Assembly (NCBI GenBank): GCA_965217585.1
Contig: OZ244561.1
Location: 6,240,001-6,304,000 of the forward strand
Length of the DNA: 64,000 bases
Direction of reading: 5' to 3'
DNA from: Candidatus Latescibacterota bacterium
Lineage (GTDB): Bacteria > Latescibacterota > UBA2968 > UBA8231
A model generated the notes under the pieces. The model made no database searches, was not told the origin of the DNA, and saw nothing but the letters and a program-made list of their open reading frames with translations. The translations under genes and the position numbers were made by a program. How positions within the stretch are numbered: position 1 is the stretch's first letter; each line of letters starts with the position of its first letter. Shown here piece by piece: positions 48,927 through 58,600 of the stretch.

Positions 48927-49397
48927 ATGTCCTCTAGCGATCAGATGGGGTTTGATTTTGGCGAGCGGTGCTCTGCTGGCGGCAATGAGCAAATTGCCAC
49001 GCACTGTGCATACTGTCGGCTAGAGATTGAGGTGCCGGCTTGGTATGAGGGCCAAGCGCAGTTGCATTTTTGCGATGCGTCCTGCCGCCTCGCTTGGACA
49101 GAGGCTATGCCCTCGTTAGAGGTTTGCTTAGGGGAGACTTCCAAACGGCGGGGGGCCAATTGGGAACTCCAAGCGCTAAAGGCGCGGACGCGCGATGGCT
49201 TCATCTGCCAGGTATGTGGGGTCAGCGAAGAGGAACTGGGGCGCCAGCTTGACGTACATCACAAGATTCCCTATCGCAGTTTCTCTTCTAATGTAGAGGC
49301 CAATAAGCTGGAACATCTGATTTCAGTTTGCCCCTCTTGCCACTCCAAATTGGAAGCCGAGTTACGCCACGATCTTCCTCTTTTTGCAAAATCTTGA
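48927..49397 (+). CDS. HNH endonuclease with N-terminal Cys4 zinc finger
   Basis: CAYC...FCDASC; RDGFICQVCG...LDVHHKIP...N..EHLISVCPSCH. Confidence 0.85.
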   Translation: MSSSDQMGFDFGERCSAGGNEQIATHCAYCRLEIEVPAWYEGQAQLHFCDASCRLAWTEAMPSLEVCLGETSKRRGANWELQALKARTRDGFICQVCGVSEEELGRQLDVHHKIPYRSFSSNVEANKLEHLISVCPSCHSKLEAELRHDLPLFAKS

Positions 49398-49669
49398 CCT
49401 TTCTACGCGCTAGGTGCTGATAGGCCATATAGTTTAGAAACTACCTCTTGCATCCTGGATATTAGATGCGTATTTTGTATTGAGTACGTGAAATGATCTC
49501 AGGCTTCTCTACACGCTCTTCAATTAAGCTATTGTTGTAAGGGTCGCTAAGGGAGAGGAACCATGAGTGGAGGTGGTTGTGGCCTTAGAGCGGCGAGGCG
49601 GCGGTCTAGCGCACAAAGTTGCGTTACAACTTAAACTTAAAACTTAAATCTCTCATTGGAGGGTCAATT

Positions 49670-52600
49670 ATGAGCGGGTGTGCAGTTAGTAACAAACTTG
49701 TTTGGAATAGATCGCTGTTCTGCCTGAGTATGCTCTTTCTGGCGGCTACTTTGATGTTGGCTCCGGCGGCTGAAGCCCAGGATACGCCGAGCTTTGAGGG
49801 GGCAACGGTTGCCAACCAGATGTACGAGGCCGGGGTGGCGATAGAGGCTCTGGAGTTGCCTGCGGCTTCGGGAGGCAATGGCGATTTGACGTATGCTCTA
49901 GGGCCCTTGCCGCCGGGTTTGGAATTTGATGCGGCGTCTCGGATACTTTCGGGCACGCCTTCGGATGTTGTCATCTTCCCGGAAAAGGTCTTTTTCTTGA
50001 TGACCTACGAAGTGACGGACGCCGATGGTGCTACGGCCATCTTGACATTCAATATTTCAGTAGAAGAGGAGGATGTAGCTCCGAGCTTTGACGGTGTGAC
50101 GGTTGCCGATCAGATGTTCTCGGCCGGGGCGGCGATAGAGGCTCTGGAGTTGCCTGCGGCTTCGAGTGGTAACGGCGATTTGACGTATGATTTAAGGCCT
50201 GTGCCGCCGGGATTGGCATTCGATGCCGCGTCTCGGACGCTTTCGGGTACGCCTTCGGAAGTGGCTATTTCCTTGATGACTTACGAAGTGACGGATGCCG
50301 ACGGCGATACGGCCACGTTGACATTCGAGATAGAAGTCGATACGATGCCGAGCTTTGAGGGGGCGACGGTTGCTGAGCAGTCGTACCAGACAGGCGAGGA
50401 TATAGGAGTTCTGGGACTGCCTGCGGCTTCGGTGGGAGAGCATGAGGCACCTCCGAGATATAGCTTGTCACCGGAGGTGCCAGGTCTGACGTTTGATGCT
50501 GCGTCGCTTACGCTTTCGGGTACGCCGACCGTAGCCGGGACGTATGAAATGACCTACCGGGTAGAAGATTCCGATACCAATATGGAGGAGCGCGACGCGG
50601 AGGAATTGACCTTTACGGTCTATGTAGAGCTGACCTTCGCGGCGGTCGCTGCGCGTCAAACAACCTTTACTGCAGGCGAAGAGATAAAACAGCCTTGGGA
50701 GTTGCCAGTAGGTCGGTCCACCGACGTTCTGACGTATAGCTTGGACGGGGAGTTGCCTCCGGGGCTGACGTTTGATCCGGCGACTCGGATGATTTCGGGT
50801 ACGCCGCCGGCTGATGTGTTGTATGACGAGTCATATCCGTTCACGTATCGGGCGGAGGATTCCGATGGCGATTCGGCTGAGTTGACCTTCACGATTGTGA
50901 TAGCTGCTATGCCCAGCTTCGTCCGGGAGGAGGAAGATCATCTGTACCCGGCGGGCGATGCGGTGAGCTTAGAGTTGCCGGAGGCGGAAGGTGGGAATGT
51001 GGCGAGGACGTATCGCTTGGAAGGGGAGTTGCCTGCGGGGCTGTCGTTTGATGGCGTGGCTCGGACGATTTCGGGTACGCCGCCGACGGATGTGACCTAT
51101 GCTGAGGGCTATGCGTTGACGTATCGGGTGACGGATGTCGATGGCGATACTGTGACGTTGACCTTCGCGATTCGAGTGAATGGCATACCTAGCTTCGTCC
51201 GGGAGGAGGAAGATCAGCTATACCCGGCGGGCGATGCGGTGAGCTTAGAGTTGCCGGAGGCGGAAGGTGGGAATGTGGCGAGGACGTATCGCTTGGATGG
51301 AGAGTTGCCTGCGGGTCTGTCGTTTGATCCGGCGACTCGGACGATTTCGGGTACGCCGCCGGAGTTTGCGTGGTATACCTTTGACGGGTATACGGTGACG
51401 TATCGGGTGGCGGATGTCGATGGCGAAGAGCCGGCTCCGTTGGTGTTCACGATTCGGGTGGATGGTATCCCTCGCTTCGACGAAACCGTGTCGAGTCAAG
51501 TCACCTTTGCCGAAGGCCAAACGATAGATCCTTGGGTGTTGCCCTCGGCTTCGGGCGGCAACGGCGATGTGACGTATGAGTTGGTTGGGGAGTTGCCGGA
51601 GGGGCTGAGCTATGACGGCGCGACTCGGACGATTTCGGGTACGCTGTCGGCGGATGCGACGTATGCTGCTGAGAGCGAAGGGTATACGGTGACGTATCAG
51701 GTGACGGATCAGGATGGCGATGCGCCCGACGTCTTGGAATTCACGATCGTGGTGCATGGTATGCCCAGCTTCCACGCTCAGGTCGTAGACGACCAGCTGT
51801 ACGAGGCGGGCGAGGCGGTGAGCTTAGGGCTGCCGGAGGCGGTCGGTGGGAATAACGGTTTGACGTATACCTTGGAAGGGGAGTTGCCTGCGGGTCTTTC
51901 GTTTGATGGCGTGGCTCGGACGATTTCGGGTACGCCGCCGACGGATGTGACCTATGCTGAGGGCTATGCGTTGACGTATCGGGTGACGGATGTGGATGGC
52001 GATGCTGTGACGTTGACCTTCGCGATTCGGGTGAACGGTATCCCCAGCTTCGTCCGGGAGCAGGAAGACCAGCCGTATCTGGCGGGCGAGGCGGTGAGCT
52101 TAGAGTTGCCGGAGGCGGAAGGTGGGAATGTGGCGAGGACGTATCGCTTGGATGGGGAGTTGCCTGCGGGTCTGTCGTTTGATCCGGGGACCCGGACGAT
52201 TTCGGGTACGCCGCCGGAGTTTGCGTGGTATACCTTTGACGGGTATACGGTGACGTATCGGGTGGCGGATGTCGATGGCGAAGAGCCGACCCCGTTGGTG
52301 TTCACGATTCGGGTGGATGGAATTCCTCGCTTCGACGAAACCGTGTCGAGTCAAGTCACCTTTGCCGAAGGCCAGACGATAGATCCTTGGGTGTTGCCCT
52401 CGGCTTCGGGCGGCAACGGCGATGTGACGTATGAGTTGGTTGGGGAGTTGCCGGAGGGTCTGAGCTATGATGGCGCGACTCGGACGATTTCGGGTACGCT
52501 GTCGGCGGATGCGACGTATGCTGCTGAGAGCGAAGGGTATACGGTGACGTATCAGGTGACGGATCAGGATGGCGATGCGCCCGACGTCTTGGAATTCACG

Positions 52601-55600
52601 ATCGTGGTGCATGGTATGCCCAGCTTCCACGCTCAGGTCGTAGACGACCAGCTGTACGAGGCGGGCGAGGCGGTGAGCTTAGGGCTGCCGGAGGCGGTCG
52701 GTGGGAATAACGGTTTGACGTATACCTTGGAAGGGGAGTTGCCTGCGGGTCTTTCGTTTGATGGCGTGGCTCGGACGATTTCGGGTACGCCGCCGACGGA
52801 TGTGACCTATGCTGAGGGCTATGCGTTGACGTATCGGGTGACGGATGTGGATGGCGATACTGTGACGTTGACCTTCGCGATTCGAGTGAATGGCATACCC
52901 AGCTTCGTCCGGGAGCAGGAAGACCAGCCGTATCTGGCGGGCGAGGCGGTGAGCTTAGAGTTGCCGGAGGCGGAAGGTGGGAATGTGGCGAGGACGTATC
53001 GCTTGGATGGGGAGTTGCCTGCGGGTCTGTCGTTTGATCCGGGGACCCGGACGATTTCGGGTACGCCGCCGGAGTTTGCGTGGTATACCTTTGACGGGTA
53101 TACGGTGACGTATCGGGTGGCGGATGTCGATGGCGAAGAGCCGACCCCGTTGGTGTTCACGATTCGGGTGGATGGAATTCCTCGCTTCGACGAAACCGTG
53201 TCGAGTCAAGTCACCTTTGCCGAAGGCCAGACGATAGATCCTTGGGTGTTGCCCTCGGCTTCGGGCGGCAACGGCGATGTGACGTATGAGTTGGTTGGGG
53301 AGTTGCCGGAGGGTCTGAGCTATGATGGCGCGACTCGGACGATTTCGGGTACGCTGTCGGCGGATGCGATGTATGCTGCTGAGAGCGATGGGTATGTGGT
53401 GACGTATCAGGTGACGGATCAGGATGGCGATGCGCCCGCTGCCTTGGAATTCACGATCGTGGTGCATGGTATGCCCAGCTTCCACGCTCAGGTCGTAGAC
53501 GACCAGTTGTATCCGGCGGGCGAGGCGGTGAGCTTAGGTCTGCCAGAGGCGGTCGGAGGCAATGACGATTTGACGTATACCCTGGAAGGGGAGTTGCCTG
53601 CGGGTCTTTCGTTTGATGGCGTGGCGCGGACGATTTCAGGAACGCCGCCGACGGATGCGACCTATGCCGAGTCCGATGCGTTGACGTATCGGGTGACGGA
53701 TGTCGATGGCGATGCTGTGACGTTGCGCTTTGCGATTCGGGTGAATGGTATCCCCAGCTTCGTCCGGGAGGAGGAAGATCAGCTGTACACGGCGGGCGAG
53801 GCGGTGAGCTTAGAGTTGCTGGAGGCGGTCGGTGGGAATGTGGCGAGGACGTATCGCTTGGATGGGGAGTTACCTGCGGGTCTGTCGTTTGATCCGGCGA
53901 CTCGGACGATTTCGGGTACGCCGCCGGAGTTTGCGTGGTATGCTTTTGAAGGGTATGCGTTGACGTATCGGGTGGCGGATGTCGATGGCGAAGAGCCGAC
54001 CCCGTTGGTGTTCACGATTCGGGTGGATGGTATACCCCGCTTCGACGAAACCGTGTCGAGTCAAATCACCTTTGCCGAAGGCCAAACGATAGATCCTTGG
54101 GTGTTGCCTTCGGCTTCGGGCGGCAACGGCGATGTGACGTATGAGTTGGTCGGGGAGTTGCCGGAGGGTCTGGCCTATGATGGCGCGACTCGGACGATTT
54201 CGGGTACGCTGTCGGCGGATGCGTCGTATGCTGCTGAGAGCGATGGGTATGTGGTGACGTATCAGGTGACGGATCAGGATGGCGATGCTCCCGAGGCCTT
54301 GGAATTCACGATAGTGATACATGGTATGCCCAGCTTCGGCGCTCAGGTCGTAGAAGACCAAAGCTACGAAGCAGGCGGTGAGGAGACCTTAGCCTTGCCG
54401 GAGGCGGTCGGTGGGAATGGCGCGTTGACGTATACCTTGGAGGGGGAGTTGCCTGCGGGTCTGTCGTTTGATGGCGCGGCGCGGACGATTTCGGGTACGC
54501 CGCCGACGGATGCGACCTATGCCGAGTCCGATGCGTTGACGTATCGGGTGACGGATATCGATGGCGATGCTGTGACGTTGCGCTTCGCGATTGCGGTGAA
54601 TGGTATACCCAGCTTCGTCCGGGAGGAGGAAGACCAGCTGTACACGGCGGGCGAGGCGGTGAGCTTAGAGTTGCCAGAGGCAGCAGGTGGGAATGTGGCG
54701 AGGACGTATCGCTTGGATGGGGAGTTGCCGGAGGGGCTGGTGTTTGATCCGGCGACTCGGACGATTTCAGGAACGCCGCCGGAGTTTGCGTGGTATGCTT
54801 TTGAAGGGTATGCGTTGACGTATCGGGTGGCGGATGTCGATGGCGAAGAGCCGACCCCGTTGGTGTTCACGATTCGGGTGGATGGAATTCCTCGCTTCGA
54901 CGAAACCGTGTCGAGTCAAATCACCTTTGCCGAAGGCCAGACGATAGATCCTTGGGTGTTGCCCTCGGCTTCGGGCGGCAACGGCCAGTTGACGTATGAG
55001 TTGGTTGGGGAGTTGCCGGAGGGTCTGAGCTATGATGGCGCGACTCGGACGATTTCGGGTACGCTGTCGGCGGATGCGATGTATGCTGCTGAGAGCGATG
55101 GGTATGTGGTGACGTATCAGGTGACGGATCAGGATGGCGATGCGCCCGCTGCCTTGGAATTCACGATCGTGGTGCATGGTATGCCCAGCTTCAGCGGTCA
55201 GGTCGTAGACGACCAAAGCTACGAAGCAGGCGGTGAGGAGACCTTGGGTCTGCCGGAGGCGGTCGGTGGGAATGGCGCGTTGACGTATACCTTGGAGGGG
55301 GAGTTGCCTGCGGGTCTGTCGTTTGATGGCACGGCTCGGACAATTTCAGGTACGCCGCCGACGGATGCGACGTATGCCGAGGGCTATGCGTTGACGTATC
55401 GGGTGGCGGATGTGGATGGCGATGATACGGCGTTGCGCTTCGCGATTCGGGTGAATGGTATCCCCAGCTTCGTCCGGGAGGAGGAAGATCAGCTGTACCC
55501 GGCGGGCGAGGCGGTGAGCTTAGAGTTGCCAGAGGCGGAAGGTGGGAATGTGGCGAGGACGTATCGCTTGGATGGGGAGTTGCCGGAGGGGCTGGTGTTT

Positions 55601-58600
55601 GATCCGGCGACTCGGACGATTTCAGGAACGCCGCCGGAGTTTGCGTGGTATGCTTTTGAAGGGTATGCGTTGACGTATCGGGTGGCGGATGTCGATGGCG
55701 AAGAGCCGACCCCGTTGGTGTTCACGATTCGGGTGGATGGAATTCCTCGCTTCGACGAAACCGTGTCGAGTCAAATCACCTTTGCCGAAGGCCAGACGAT
55801 AGATCCTTGGGTGTTGCCCTCGGCTTCGGGCGGCAACGGCCAGTTGACGTATGAGTTGGTTGGGGAGTTGCCGGAGGGTCTGAGCTATGATGGCGCGACT
55901 CGGACGATTTCGGGTACGCTGTCGGCGGATGCGATGTATGCTGCTGAGAGCGATGGGTATGTGGTGACGTATCAGGTGACGGATCAGGATGGCGATGCGC
56001 CCGCTGCCTTGGAATTCACGATCGTGGTGCATGGTATGCCCAGCTTCAGCGGTCAGGTCGTAGACGACCAGCTGTACCCGGCGGGCGATGCGGTGAGCTT
56101 AGGGCTGCCGGAGGCGGTTGGAGGGAATGGCGCACTGACGTATACCTTGGAAGGGGAGTTGCCTGCGGGTCTTTCGTTTGATGGCGTGGCGCGGACGATT
56201 TCGGGTACGCCGCCGACGGATGCGACCTATGCCGAGTCCGATGCGTTGACGTATCGGGTGACGGATGTCGATGGCGATGCTGTGACGTTGCGCTTTGCGA
56301 TTCGGGTGAATGGTATCCCCAGCTTCGTCCGGGAGGAGGAAGATCAGCTATACCCGGCGGGCGAGGCGGTGAGCTTAGAGTTGCCAGAGGCGGAAGGTGG
56401 GAATGTGGCGAGGACGTATCGCTTGGATGGGGAGTTGCCGGAGGGGCTGGTGTTTGATCCGGCGACTCGGACGATTTCAGGAACGCCGCCGGAGTTTGCG
56501 TGGTATGCTTTTGAAGGGTATGCGTTGACGTATCGGGTGGCGGATGTCGATGGCGAAGAGCCGACCCCGTTGGTGTTCACGATTCGGGTGGATGGAATTC
56601 CTCGCTTCGACGAAACCGTGTCGAGTCAAATCACCTTTGCCGAAGGCCAGACGATAGATCCTTGGGTGTTGCCCTCGGCTTCGGGCGGCAACGGCCAGTT
56701 GACGTATGAGTTGGTTGGGGAGTTGCCGGAGGGTCTGAGCTATGATGGCGCGACTCGGACGATTTCGGGTACGCTGTCGGCGGATGCGATGTATGCTGCT
56801 GAGAGCGATGGGTATGTGGTGACGTATCAGGTGACGGATCAGGATGGCGATGCGCCCGCTGCCTTGGAATTCACGATCGTGGTGCATGGTATGCCCAGCT
56901 TCAGCGGTCAGGTCGTAGACGACCAGCTGTACCCGGCGGGCGATGCGGTGAGCTTAGGGCTGCCGGAGGCGGTCGGTGGGAATGGCGCGTTGACGTATAC
57001 CTTGGAAGGGGAGTTGCCTGCGGGTCTTTCGTTTGATGGCGCGGCGCGGACGATTTCGGGTACGCCGCCGACGGATGCGACCTATGCCGAGTCCGATGCG
57101 TTGACGTATCGGGTGACGGATGTCGATGGCGATGCTGTGACGTTGCGCTTTGCGATTCGGGTGAATGGCATCCCCAGCTTCGTCCGGGAGGAGGAAGATC
57201 AGCTATACCCGGCGGGCGAGGCGGTGAGCTTAGAGTTGCCAGAGGCAGCAGGTGGGAATGTGGCGAGGACGTATCGCTTGGATGGGGAGTTGCCGGAGGG
57301 GCTGGTGTTTGATCCGGCGACTCGGACGATTTCAGGAACGCCGCCGGAGTTTGCGTGGTATGCTTTTGAAGGGTATGCGTTGACGTATCGGGTGGCGGAT
57401 GTCGATGGCGAAGAGCCGACCCCGTTGGTGTTCACGATTCGGGTGGATGGAATTCCTCGCTTCGACGAAACCGTGTCGAGTCAAATCACCTTTGCCGAAG
57501 GCCAGACGATAGATCCTTGGGTGTTGCCCTCGGCTTCGGGCGGCAACGGCCAGTTGACGTATGAGTTGGTTGGGGAGTTGCCGGAGGGTCTGAGCTATGA
57601 TGGCGCGACTCGGACGATTTCGGGTACGCTGTCGGCGGATGCGATGTATGCTGCTGAGAGCGATGGGTATGTGGTGACGTATCAGGTGACGGATCAGGAT
57701 GGCGATGCGCCCGCTGCCTTGGAATTCACGATCGTGGTGCATGGTATGCCCAGCTTCAGCGGTCAGGTCGTAGACGACCAAAGCTACGAAGCAGGCGGTG
57801 AGGAGACCTTAGCCTTGCCGGAGGCGGTTGGTGGGAATGGCGCGTTGACGTATACCTTGGATGGGGAGTTGCCGCCGGGTCTGTCGTTTGATGGCACGGC
57901 TCGGACGATTTCAGGTACGCCGCCGGCCGATTACTTGTATATTGCCGAGGGCTATGCGTTGACGTATCGGGTGGCGGATGTCGATGGCGATGCTGTGACG
58001 TTGACCTTCACGATTGCGGTGAATGGCATACCTAGCTTCGGCGATCAGGTCGTAGAAGACCAGAGCTACGAGGCAGGCACAGGCAATGTGGAAACCTTAG
58101 AGTTGCCGGAGGCGGTCGGTGGGAATGTGGCGTTGACGTATTTCTTGGATGGGGAGTTGCCGCCGGGTCTGGCGTTTAATCCCACGTCTCGGACGATTTC
58201 GGGTGAGTTGTCGCCTAATGTGTCGTATTCTCCCGAAGGGTATGCGTTGACGTATCGGGTGGCGGATGTCGATGGCGAAGAGCCGGCCCCGTTGACCTTC
58301 ACGATTTCGGTGAATGCTATGCCTCTCTTTGAGGGAACTATTACGAATCAGAGGGTTCCTGAAGGGGAAGAGATGGCCCCGTTGGAGTTGCCTGCGGCTT
58401 TGGGCGGCAACGGTGAGTTGACGTATAGCTTGAATGAGGAGAGTTTGCCTCCGGGTCTGGTGTTTGATGCCGAGGCTCGGACGATTTCGGGTACGCCGGA
58501 GCTTCATGTGTCGCATCCTGCCGAGGGCTATGCGTTGACGTACCGGGTAGAAGATGAAGATGGCGATTCGGCTGAGTTGACCTTCTTCCTGACAGTCGAC

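Noticed and set aside
48927-49397. HNH as an IscB/Cas9-like RNA-guided nuclease
   Set aside because: Only 156 aa, with no RuvC or PLMP motifs
50909-57745. Regular repeats as a CRISPR array or DGR template/variable repeat
   Set aside because: The repeats are contiguous, in-frame and coding, with no spacers; no cas or reverse transcriptase gene; differences are not adenine-specific
51214-58516. Recurrent antisense ORFs (78-176 aa) in the adhesin
   Set aside because: Shadow frames repeated because the sense gene is repeated; no independent motifs
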